From assembly GCF_009914755.1 (NCBI RefSeq), contig NC_060930.1: a stretch of 64,000 nt of DNA; one strand, 5' to 3'. Below, one piece after another: positions 16,604 to 30,790 of this stretch (positions are counted from its first letter, which is position 1; the number at the start of each line of letters is the position of its first letter). A program made the position numbers and the translations under genes. This stretch comes from the human T2T-CHM13v2.0 reference genome, Homo sapiens. The notes under the pieces were generated by a model, which saw only the letters and a program-made list of their open reading frames with translations, searched no databases and was not told where the DNA came from.

Positions 16604-16824
16604 TTGTGCTATTATTTTCTTATCCTTTTTTAAATCTTCCCTTTTCTCCTCATTCTCCTTCCTCTTTCCTCCTCAATTTGTGAGATTTCTAAATACAGAG
16701 TCAATTCTTTTTGAGCATGTTAAGGAGAGGATTACTATCAAGCACCCCCATCAGCTTTGTAGGCTTCTTTTCACTGGGCTCCAAATTCAGTCTTGCTGAC
16801 TCTGGTAACTTCAAAACATTTTAG

Positions 16825-17150
<326 letters not shown>

Positions 17151-17370
17151 AGCATGCAATAGCATTTCTTCATCTGAATGAAATACTGTGTTAAGGCATC
17201 AGACTCAAAGTTCGTTATTCTTTTGTTTTCTTATTTTTTCAAATCTCACGTCTTCAGAAGAAAAGTATCATCTTGGAGAAGACTTGCTGCTTCTGATGGC
17301 AGGCGACTAGCATCATCACATCTGCATCCTTTTCAATCTTTTCCTCTCTTTTACTTCCCACATCTTATGA

Positions 17371-18400
<1,030 letters not shown>

Positions 18401-18779
18401 TGAATTCTGTGTCTTCAGTTCTTCTGAGTCTGTTTCCTTTATTCTAATACAAGATTACCACCACCGTTTTACATGAGACTTTTTCCCTCCTCTTCCTTCT
18501 CCTCTTTCTGTATCTTTCCTGGATTACTGCAACAGCCTCCAGTTTGGTTGATTTGCTTCTAGCCCTGCTTGTCTCCCATTGTTTCTCTATACAGGGAGTC
18601 CCACTGGTGCCCTACAAAAAAAGATTTCCAGAGAAGGTGAATGGGGGCTGAAATATGATCTGAGCACTGAGAGCTAAGAGTCCTGGAGAGAGGACTTTTG
18701 ACATTTTCCCTTTTCTATACTTCATCAGCCCTGAGGGTTGTCTTTCTGTAATTCATCCACCAAAATGGCTTACTGTGGC

Positions 18780-19076
18780 ATTTTTTTTTTATTTTATTAT
18801 TATTTTTTTGACACAGAGTCTCACTGTGTTTCCCAGGCTGGAGTGCAGTGGTGGGATCTTGGCTCACCGTTGTCTCTGCTTCCTGGGTTCAAGCCATTCT
18901 CCTGCCTCAGCCTCCCGAGTAGCTGGGATTACAGGCATGCGCCACCATGTATTTTTAGTAGAGATGGGGTTTCACCATGTTGGCCAGGCTGGTCTCGAAC
19001 TTCCGACCTCGGGTGATCCGCCCACCTGGGCCTCCCAAACTGCTGGGATTAGAGGCCTGAGCCACTGCGCCCAGCC
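18780..19076 (-). mobile_element. AluS
   Basis: Antisense Alu with a small linker deletion. Confidence 0.9.
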
Positions 19077-19311
19077 TTACTGTTGCATTATTTGCCCAAA
19101 GGCACTCTGTGTGCTAGCTGTGGCTCTGCTTCCACAGAACTGGCAAGAAGAGCTTGCAAAAATACCCGTCATACTGACCTCTCTGTTCAGAACACTTTTC
19201 TGTCTCTCCATAGCCTTTTAGGGAAAGCTCAAAGTATTTAGTATTGTCAAGATACGGCTCACAGTTTGTTCTTACTTCCTACCAATATACAAGAGACAAT
19301 TCCAAATGGAG

Positions 19312-19845
19312 TGATAGACAGAATAATGCTATTTCCACCCAAAAATATGCCCCTTCTAACCCTTGGAAACTGTAAATATGTTAACTTACATGGCAAAGGG
19401 ACTTTGAGATGTGATTAAGGTTAGGGAACTTGTGATGGAGAGATGATCCTAATCACTAGAGTCTTAAAAGTGGAAAGAGGAAGCAGAAGAGTAGTTCAGG
19501 GAGGTGTGATCTGAGGACGCCATCCACCATTGCTGGTTTTAAAGAGCCCAGCAACACAGCAGCCTTTAGAAGCTGGGAGTGGCCATTAGCTTACAGGCAG
19601 CAATAAAACAGAGACTTTGATCCAACAACTGCAAACAACTGAATTTTGCCAATAATCTGAATGAGCAGAAAACAGATTCTCCCTTGGGGCCAACAGAAAG
19701 GAATGCAGCCTGCCAATACCTTGATTTTAGCACAGTGAGACCATACCAGACTTCTGTCTTAAAAAACTCTAAATAATAAATTTATGTTTTTTATAACCAC
19801 TACATTTGTGGTAATGTGTTATGACAGCAATAGAAAACTAACACA
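19312..19845 (+). mobile_element. MLT1 (MaLR) LTR, MLT1D-like
   Basis: Typical MLT1 start and end (..GCAATAGAAAACTAACACA) with AATAAA. Confidence 0.8.
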
Positions 19846-19849
19846 TGTC

Positions 19850-20697
<848 letters not shown>

Positions 20698-21000
20698 TGA
20701 TTTTCTGCTCAGGTCTACTTGAACTAGGAACTAGTAATTTTCCCAGGCATTCATACCTTTTTAGCTTTGCTTCTGTCAGGACTTGATGGTAAAAATTTTT
20801 CCATGCCCTTCTTTATGTGCCTAATTATAGCTTATCTTTAAGACATATTTCAGGTAGCACCTCATCCAGTAAGCCATTCTTGTTCAGATTAGGTGCCTGT
20901 ATTGGTGATCCTGTACACAGTACCCTGCCCTTACACCTATGGAAGAACTTAGGAGTAAATCTTCACTCTCACTGATTTACTTGTCTCTATTCTTTTTTAA

Positions 21001-21322
<322 letters not shown>

Positions 21323-21623
21323 GTCTTCTATTCTTTAACAGGCCATAAGCTCCTTAGAGGAGTGCATTTTGTACTCTCAGATTCCCCAGGTAGACCTACT
21401 GTATATGGCACAGAAAAGGGTCTCAGTTAATGTTGGCTGACAGAAGGAGTGATTGAACAATTATCTGTACATATTTACCACTTACACAAGGTGGAAATGC
21501 ACCCAACATGAAATCGTACAAATGTCATGGCTTCCACCATGGAAAAAATTATGTATGCGTGAGGACAAGAGCTAAAAAACAAGAAAGAAAATGTCTAGAG
21601 TCACTTGTGAGGCTGGAACTGTG

Positions 21624-21765
21624 GTTTTCTTTCTTTCCTTTCTTTCTTTCTCTGTTTCTTTCCTTTCTTTCTTTCTTCCTTTCTTTCTCTTTCTCTCTCT
21701 TCTTTCTCTCTCTCTTTCTTTCTCTCTCTTTCTCTTTCTTTCTCTCTCTTTCTTTCTTTTCTTTT
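21624..21765. repeat. CT-rich polypyrimidine low-complexity repeat
   Basis: (TTTC)n/(TC)n mixture. Confidence 0.95.
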
Positions 21766-21829
21766 CATGTTCTAATATTATAATGATGTGACAAGAACTT
21801 GTAGAACCATCAGGTCCAAAAGCATCAAC

Positions 21830-22001
21830 AACCTTGTCACTTGCAGCGTGGGCTGCTGATCAGCAACACTGACCTAACCTGGGAGTTTCTCACAAATGCA
21901 GAATATCTACACCCCATCCTACACCTACAGCGTTAGAACTCTTCATTTTAGCAAGCTCCCCAGGTGATTTCATATACGTATTGAAGTCTGTGAAACCCAC
22001 T
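21830..22001. mobile_element. MER5-like hAT-Charlie MITE
   Basis: ACCTGGGAG..AAATGCAGA..CATTTTAGCAAGCTCCCCAGGTGATT motif. Confidence 0.65.
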
Positions 22002-22274
22002 CAACACAGTCCTTCACTCTTTCCCTTATTAAATTTACAGCTGTTTGTTTAATTGACCTTTTTGTAAAGGTTCCGAGGACAACATAGTAAGGGATGCTCA
22101 TTCATCTCTCTGCCAGTGCTTTCTGCGGTCTCTTCAGCTAGTTCTATCAGGCACTTCTGGCAATCTGGAGCGGCAGCCGGCTGGGCGGGGAGGAAACCGC
22201 TGCACGGATCCCGCCTCCCAGCACACGCAGTCGGCAGTTGCAGCCTCCAAGACCGCGGTGCCACCAAACCAAGC

Positions 22275-22572
22275 GCCGGACGCGGTGGCGCGCGCCTGTA
22301 ATCCCAGCTCCCCGGGAGGCTGAGGTCGGCGGATCGTGGGTGCTCGGGGGTTCGGAGCTACGGCGCTGTGTGGAGCGGGCGTCCGCACCGGGCCTGGCAC
22401 CAACATGGTACTCCCGGGGGAGCCCGGGAGTACCAGGTTGTCTAAGGAGGGGGGGACCAGGCCCAGGCCGGACACGGAGCAGGTCAAACTCCCCGTGTTG
22501 GGCGACGGTGGGACCGCGCCTGCGAGCAACGCCTGCAGTTCCGCCCGGGACATCCGACGAGACCCGGTCTCT
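22275..22572 (+). ncRNA. RN7SL471P: Full-length divergent 7SL (SRP) RNA gene or pseudogene
   Basis: Collinear with 7SL from GCCGG to GTCTCT, including the S domain (helix 6 GGAG loop, helix 8 CAGG/AGCAG). Symbol is from recalled position; functional status is discussed in findings. Confidence 0.9.
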
Positions 22573-22600
22573 TTTAACTTCCCTTTTCGGGATTTCTTTT
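22572..22600 (+). terminator. Pol III terminator T-runs after the 7SL copy
   Basis: TTTT at 22572-22575, backed up by TTTT at 22584-22587 and TTTCTTTT at 22593-22600. Confidence 0.7.
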
Positions 22601-22854
22601 AAAAAATCAACAGCATTATTTCTGCATACCAAGTGAGTTCACTGGTGGGACTGGTATATGCTACCCTTTGCTCGATCTTCCTTTTTTTTTTTTTTACCCC
22701 TCAGGGAATGATGATTCATTCAGTCAGTGGGAGCCGGAAGAAACTCGTTAGTGACTTATCATCTTGGAAATTTCTCCATGTTGCACTCTTCCTTTCCCCA
22801 AACAACAAGACAGTAGTCTGTTTTGCATTTTGCAAATGCAGTTGCATAAGAATT

Positions 22855-23342
22855 TAACAAAGACTATTCGCTTGGCCAAACTTTAGTCAGGCTTCTGAAT
22901 CTTCTGCTAGGCCCATCTGTGCACTTCCTTGTAACGTCCAGTTTTAGCAAAGAACCCTGCCAAGTCAGTTTAGCAAGAACCTCCATATCATCTATGTTTA
23001 ACCTCCATTTCTGATCAGGCTCCTCATTCTCCACCATCCCCCAGATGATTGATGTCTGATTACCTTGGCCTGTCTTCAGCAAGAATCCTGTTAGGTTTGT
23101 TTGGCCAGAATTCCCCTTACCTCTGAGGTTTTCTCTTGGTAATTTCCTGTCCACTGACCAGGACACACTGCTCCTTGGCTATAAATTCCCATTTGCCCAT
23201 GCTATATTCAGAACTGAGGCCGATCTCTTTCCCTCACTGCAAAACCTCCTTGCAATGGTCCCTTGTGCCTATCCCAATAGTCCTGAATAGTCTTCCTTAC
23301 ATTGCTTTCAGAAGTATCACTAAATAATTTTTTTAAAAAACA
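22855..23342 (+). mobile_element. MER31-like ERV1 LTR
   Basis: ACAAAGACT..CCAAACTTTAGTCAGGCTTCTGAA start, TATAAA box. Confidence 0.7.
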
Positions 23343-23454
23343 AATTGCATGGCATGAGAACTTCATAATCTAAGACAGAGATTTGGAAAAGGTTTGAACT
23401 TCCAGCTTTTTCAGGAACTTCCCACATAAAAACCTGTACACAACTATTCTTATC

Positions 23455-24345
23455 GGATTGGATAAAACACCTAAAGAGACATTTCACCGAAGAAGATATA
23501 CAGATGGCAAACGAGCACATAAAAATGTTTTCAACATCCTTAGCACTAGGGAAATACAAATTACGACCAAGATGAGATATCACTATACATCTATCAGAAT
23601 GACTAAAATAAAAATAGTGGCAACAACCAAATGCTGATGAGGCTGTATACATGTAGGTGGGAATGTGAAATGTAGCTGTTCTGGAAAACAGTTGGCAGTT
23701 TCTTAAAAAGCTAAATGTGCAAGTACCATACCACCCGGCAGCTGCACTCCTGGACATTTATCTTGGCTAAACGAAAATTTATATTAACACTAAAACCAGT
23801 ATGCAAATGTTTATGGTAGCTTTATTTGTAAAAGTCAAAAGCTGAAAATGACTCAAATGTCTTTCAGCAGGTGAATGTTCAAACTGGTAAATTCATACCA
23901 CAGAATGCTAGTGAGCGAGAAATAAGAATGAACTACTGATGCCGAACAACCTAGATGAATCTCTAGAGAATTACACTGAGTGCAAAAAGCCAATCCTAAT
24001 AGGTTACATAATGTATGATTCCATTTTCATAACATTCTCGAAATGATGAAATCATAAAAGTGAAAAACAGATTACTAGTTGCCAGAGGTTGAGGCAGGAA
24101 CAGTAGGCAAGTGGGTGTGGCTGTAAAAGGGCCAAAAGGAATCCTTGTGGTGATGGAAATGTTTTGCATCTTGACTTTATCAATATCAATATCAATATCC
24201 GGATTGTGATTTTGTGCTATAGTTTTGCAAGATGTTACCATTGGGGGCAAGCAGGTAAAGGGGACATGGGACCTCTCCATATTATTTCTTATAACTGCAT
24301 GTGAATCTACGACTACCTAAAAATTAAACATTTAATTTAAAAAAA
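23455..24345 (+). mobile_element. Old L1M 3' fragment
   Basis: ORF2 C-terminal and 3'UTR motifs (AGACATTTCACC.AAGAAGATATACAGATGGCAAA). Confidence 0.75.
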
Positions 24346-24428
24346 GACCAAAGTCATTAAAATTGGAGGGATAGGGAGCTGAAAGGGAAGAGCAAGAGAG
24401 TATGGAGAAAAATAATGGAGAGTCAAGT

Positions 24429-25058
24429 TGATACAGGAGATACAAAGAAATTGCTTAGGTAGTTAGGGCAAAAGAGTCCTCGGCAGAACTTCTCTTCTAA
24501 CAAAAAGCAGCCCTAGAAATTATTCCTTTTCTAACAAAGAGCAGCCTGCAAGATGGAGCTGCAGACATAGATAAGGAAGCTGGAAACTTGCATGGGGGAA
24601 GGCTGGCAGCTGCACCGATAGAAAAGGTCTACCTGGGGGTGAGGCATGTCCACCATGAGGCTCCACCTTCCCTTTTTTGTTAGCATGTGTACAGTAAGAA
24701 AGAAATGGGCAACATGGAGAAGTTCAGGCAGAGAACCCACCTGCATAATAACAGATTGGGGTGAGGGTTGCCAGAGATTCACACCCTATGCAGTTGGCAC
24801 ACCTGGTCCTATCTGGGTTTTTCATGCCTTATGTAGATCAGACACCATCTCCCCACTAGCTCATCTGTAAAACCCCCTGCATTTCACCGAATTTCGGCAA
24901 CCCATTTTTCCAGGACCCCTCTCTGTAGCAGAGAGATATTTTCTTTCTTTCGCCTATTAAATTTCCACTCTTAACCTCTCTGTGTGTCCAGGTCCTTGAT
25001 CTCTGTGGCTGTGAGACGATGAATCTAGGGTGTCACCCCAGACAACGAGGCTGCTTCA
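24429..25058 (+). mobile_element. MER50-like ERV1 LTR
   Basis: TGATACAGGAG..AAAGAAATT start; ..CAGACAACGAGGCTGCTTCA end. Confidence 0.75.
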
Positions 25059-25717
25059 AAATCCCAAAGTCCAAAGGAGGACTGCTTCATAAGGGAAGGA
25101 TTGTTTATAGGTTGGTATACTGTGCAAAATTAAGTATAGGACCAAAAACAGCCAAGACATTTGAAAGTTGGAAAGTTGATGGTAATGGTTTCCTGGGATT
25201 GGAAGGCAGACCTCCTCCGCTGATGAGCAAATAATGAGGTAAACATTGTTCTTTCAACAGGTTTGGTGCTGAGTGGAAGGAAAGAGTCTGAGGATAATGC
25301 ATAAGGTCATGTGTTCCATTTTTGTTGTCCAAAGATAGAGGTTTAGACATTCTGTAATTTGAAGAGAGGCACGTAAGGAGGAGAGAGATGAAAGACACAA
25401 ACATAGAGCAAAATGGAATGGGTAGAGGGTTCAAAAGCTCAGATGGAATATTAAGTAGACTTGGAAATGAGAGACCATTCCTCCGAGTAGGAAGACAGGG
25501 GTTGAATATGCCAAGAGCTAGCAAATTAGGAGGTTAGGAAAAAGGTGGCTGAGGGAATATGCTGGCTGTCTCCCTTTCACAGCGCAGCAGCCACCCCTCC
25601 CCTCCCCCACCTCTAGCAAGTAGCCACTTTTTCAACAGCTTAGGCGGCTCCTTTTTCCAGGAAACTTCCCTTCAGTTCACCGGCCGTGCCTCTCTCTATC
25701 CTTTTCCTCGGAGCAGG

Positions 25718-26167
25718 CTGTGCTATGATCAAGGCATTGTGACCCCTGTGACCCACACGTACACATCCAGAAGGTCTCCTGGAGCCAGAAAGTCTGGGAC
25801 AACAGGAAAACCACAAAAGAAGAAAAACAGCTCCTGTCTTAGCTGATTAGCCAACCTTGCGACCTTCTACCATTGTAACATGCTCTACCCTAACTGATCA
25901 ATCAACTTCGTGACACTGTGCTCTGTGACCCCTCCCACCTTGTGATAATGTACCTTGTGACATTCTTCCCTTGCCCGCAATAAACGGGCCCTTATTGTAT
26001 CTTTCCACTGCTTACTCCTAACCTATAAAACTAGCTGCAATCCCACCACCCTCCGGTGGTGGGACTCCCTTTTCGGACTCAGCCCGCTCGGACCAGAGTG
26101 AATAAACAGCTTGTTGCTCACACTTAGCCTGTTCAGGTTGTCTCTTCAGTTAGACGCGCGCATAACA
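25718..26167 (+). mobile_element. LTR7-related (HERV-H/F group) solo LTR
   Basis: CTATAAAA box, GACTC.CTTTTCGGACTCAGCCCGC and AATAAACAGC.TTGTTGCTCACAC, ending CA; 5' boundary and subfamily uncertain. Confidence 0.65.
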
Positions 26168-26471
26168 CTAACAATTCACTTAATAAATATTTATTGAGGG
26201 AACAGAGGTCGCAAATAAAATGTAATTACTATTGCTCAAGATTAAACTTCTTTCAGCACGTTTGCCTTTTCTTCTTTTATCTAGTGAGATGTTGAAACCC
26301 ATACCTAGAGTTCTGCTACAGAAATAAACGTATCCCACAGTGTTCTTGCGATTTCCTTTATGAATTTGAGAAAAATATGACCCCATTTTAGGTTCTAAGG
26401 AGTGTTTCTGTATTGTAGAAGGAAAATTCCATATTTGTATTGCCGTGGGCACAAAAAACCGAGCGCTCTCA

Positions 26472-26544
26472 TGCCGAAACCCGGGATCGAACCAGGGACC
26501 TTTAGATCTTCAGTCTAACGCTCTCCCAACTGAGCTATTTCGGC
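26472..26544 (-). tRNA. tRNA-Phe(GAA)
   Basis: Canonical 73-nt sequence GCCGAAATAGCTCAG..CTGAAGA..GGTTCGATCCCGGGTTTCGGCA; T6 terminator at 26453-26458. Confidence 0.99.
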
Positions 26545-26998
26545 TCCGCCCACGCCACTTAAAAATAAGGCTTAATGAATTTATTACTTATGTTTTTTAT
26601 TTACTATTAGGTATTTATTAAAAAAAAACCCCACAATGACAGGTACTCCGAAGGAACCAAAGACAAATTAAAAAATTATTTCGTTCTTCAAATGGCTCAC
26701 CACTTTATGCAAAGAAAAGCAAGAAGACAATTACAAATTGATGCTACAATTTATTCTCGGTTGAATGCACACATCGAAACAGAGCACGTTCCATCATCCA
26801 GTTACGAACTTCCCAAATTACTCTTATGGCATTGCCACGCCCTCTGCCGTCCAGATTTTATTGGTTGGTGCAAAACAGGAGGTCAGTGAATACGAGAGCA
26901 TGACCGTGCACTAACTCGTCGGAAAAATAGAAGTCAACTGTGTGCGTATGTGTTGAGTTCTCGCTTCATAAATATGTTTTAATAAACCTACTTCAGCT

Positions 26999-27070
26999 TC
27001 CCTGGTGGTCTAGTGGTTAGGATTCGGCGCTCTCACCGCCGCGGCCCGGGTTCGATTCCCGGTCAGGGAA
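26999..27070 (+). tRNA. tRNA-Glu(CTC)
   Basis: Canonical 72-nt TCCCTGGTGGTCTAGTGG..CTCTCAC..GGTTCGATTCCCGGTCAGGGAA; T5 terminator at 27076-27080. Confidence 0.99.
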
Positions 27071-28073
27071 TGAGGTTTTTCTGTTTTAACCTCCAAATTC
27101 TTTCATCCAGGAACGAAATCTCTGAGTAAACAGCAAATTGTGGATAAGTTAACTTTCAATTTTCATAGGAGGCATTTTCTGCATAGAAACCCTGTTCCTG
27201 TTTTAGTATTCCAGGTACAAAATGACAAGCAATGTAATTTTCAATTATTTTAAAACATTTATTAATGAATACTTAATCTAGCGTAGACCGAGTGTCCGGC
27301 ATTGTTCTAAGTAAGCGCTTTAACATTTTTAACTCAATTGGGTGATTCAGTAAGCGGGAAATTCCGGAGACAATCCATTAGGAGTTAGTTGAGATTAGCA
27401 TAACCTTTTGAAAAGACAGTTATGAAGATGACAGAGAAGAAATGGCGAAGTCATTTCTGGGAGATTTGATCGCTGTGTTCAAGCTTCTGAAGCTGCTAGA
27501 GCCTCGGTGGTTTAGACACCTACTCTATCTTCCTCGGATTTCTCTGTAAGTTTCACGCTGCTCCAACTGGGCGCTAGGGGATAGCCCTAGAAATACCTAC
27601 ACAGTAATTTAATATTCTGGGCCAAAGCAGTTTCAGGACTGCTTCATCTCTCCAGCGCTTCAACCTTTTTTCCCCTATGAAGGTACAAATTATGTTTTTT
27701 TCCTAAGAGAGGATAGGAGAAGGTCATAAACATGAAATTAAAACCTGCTGTCACAAAACTGAGAAACAGGCAAACAATGAATTCAGCACCATCTCTGAAT
27801 GCACATTTGGTAAATTTACCGAGAGCTACTGGAGAAAAAGCAGACTTTTTGTTTCTCTCCTGACAAGGTTTGGTGACCCTGTGCTAACTGGTTCCTGTCT
27901 GACAATATCGGGGCATGAATCTTTGTTTCTTGGTCTGTCTAAAGAGCAGCTATTGCTTATTATTTCTTTCTTATATCTGATAAGAGTTTGGGGCACGTAT
28001 GACTTCTCTACAAGTTTCCAAACAAAGATCGTGGTGCTCCTGATCTTATTTCACCAACAAATGGAATATGTGA

Positions 28074-28523
<450 letters not shown>

Positions 28524-29475
28524 TGAATTAATAAACTTTGACACATACATAAGATCAATTTGACTAAGAAATCTTATTTTGACATAGACATAAAAGTAAT
28601 ATGGTTTGTAAAATTCCTGTATATACGGAAGCCTTTTAATCTAATGTTTCATAGGAATTCAACCCTCTAGGCCTGCTGGTGATCAGTTCTTGAAAAGCAC
28701 CCTCTTTTCGTGATATCACACGTTGTCTCCTCTATGTGCAGCAAGAATCTCTTGCTTCATTAGTTTTTATGCCTCTGCTTTCAGAAAACAGTCTGGTTGG
28801 GACCCCTGTGAAAGGAACTGTCTGGCTTAACTTATCTTGATTAATGCCTCTTTTTTTCTTTTCTTTTCTTTTCTTTCATTTTCCACATAAAGCTAATTGG
28901 ATTAGAGAAAAAGAACTCTTCTTCGAATGCTACCAGTTTCTTTCCTTCTCATCTGAGCTATTATTCATTGTCCATAGGAAAAAAAATTCCCTAATTTTGG
29001 CACGGTAGGTTCTGTTTATTCACCAGACTTGCTACCGTTTACTCGTCAGCTCAGAGAAAACGTCGAAAAAATATAACAAAACCAAAATATGCATCAAGAC
29101 AAGAGGAGGAAAGAGAATGTGAAAGACTACTAAAAAAAAAAAAAAAAAAAAAAAGTCAACAGCTAGGGTCAAGGAATCAATCTGCAAATATTCAGAGCCA
29201 GTAGGCTTGTACTACACTAGTCACTATGGAAAATGAAAAATGACCAAGACAGAAATCTCACCTCTTAACACCCCCCAAATCCCAATTTTCTCAACTGTAA
29301 AATGGGAATAAAAGTATTACAGTATTTACTATATAAAGTTGCGATGAGTCAATAACATAATACACAAAAGCAGTCAGCCAATTATCCAAATCCGTGTTAT
29401 TAATATTATCATCATCATCATTCTTCTCACCGTACTTGGGGAATGAAGGAGACAGATACTGTGAGTAAGTTTTCC

Positions 29476-29775
29476 TTTTTTTTTTTTTTTTTTTTTAGAC
29501 AGAGTCTCGCTCTGTCGCCCAGGCTGGAGTGGAGTGGCGCCATCTCGGCTCACTGCAAGCTCTGCATCCTGGGTTCACGCCATTCTCCTGTTTCAGCCTC
29601 CAGGTAGCTGGGCCTACCGGCGCCCGCCACCACGCCCGGCTAATTTTTTGTATTTTTAGTAGAGACGGGGTTTCACCGTGTTAGCCAGGATGGTCTCGAT
29701 CTCCTGACCTGGTGATCCGCCCGCCTCGGCCTCCCAAAGTGCTGAGATTACAGGCGTGAGCTACCGCGCCCCGCC
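29476..29775 (-). mobile_element. AluY
   Basis: TSD GTGAGTAA(G/A)TTTTC, CpG-rich. Confidence 0.92.
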
Positions 29776-30508
29776 AAGTGAGTAAATTTTCTATTGGGCA
29801 CAGAGTTACCTGCTAAAATGAAGTGTGGAAAAATACAATGGGGTGTGTGTATGTGAGAGAGAGAGGGAGATTTGGAGGTGGGGTGGGGAAGACCCTATTT
29901 GAAGTGGGCTTTGAAGAATGAACAAGATTTTTATTAGGGAACAAAATGGAAACCAGCATTCCAGGACAAGCGTCTCAGGAGAAGCAAAAGCGCAGAGTTG
30001 TGAAAGCTCTTAGATTTTCAGAACTTTGAATTCTGAACTATATATAAACCTGGAAAATCTCGGTTAACTATGGGATGGCATCAAGATTTCAATTTCAAGC
30101 TTTCTGGTCATGCACAGTAAAGCTGGAATTAGAGTCTCTTACGTATGGCAGTTGTTGACAAGTCCGTACAGGTACCTAAGTGCTTCCCAGAAAATTCCTC
30201 AAGTTGGTAGGTCCTGGGGGAATCAGTTTAGTTCTAAAGAGAGGACTCATCAGAGATCTGTTCAACTTCCAGGAATCTGTGAGGATAGCTCCAAATCTCA
30301 CTCTCATGCCCAGCCTATCAAACAAAGCAAACCGGTTGGACTGAAGCTGTGGGATCGGGACTGAAATAGAACCAGCGAGAAAGGCAGTCCTCCTCGATTC
30401 CTAGAGAGAACACATTCAGCCAGCAGTTGGATAGAGGATACTAGCAAGTCCCTCGCCAGGGCGGGGGAGCAGAGACACATTCCTGTCCCGTTTACATTCT
30501 TCCTCTGG

Positions 30509-30790
30509 CGGAGGCGGGAGGGTCGCTTGAAGCCTCGGATTTCGAGATCAGCCAGGACAAAAAAGCGAGACCCCCGTTTCTACCAAAAAGGGGGGGGGGG
30601 TGGGCGGGGGGAAGAGAGAGAGAGAGAGAAAGGAAAAGAAAGAGAAAGAAAAGAAAGAAAAACTAGGCGCGGTCACGTGTACGTGTAGTTCCAGCTGCTC
30701 GGAGGTTGAGGCGGGAGGATCTCTTGAGCCCAGAAGTTCGAGGCCGCAATGAGCTCTGATCGTGGCAGAGCGAGGCCCTGGCTCAAATAC
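30509..30790 (+). mobile_element. Old AluJ-like element with a purine-rich expansion in its linker
   Basis: Left-arm and right-arm remnants separated by G-run/(GA)n/(GAAA)n at about 30585-30663. Confidence 0.75.

Noticed and set aside
22134-22636. 130-160 aa ORFs over the 7SL copy
   Set aside because: A by-product of high GC content; RNA structure explains the sequence.
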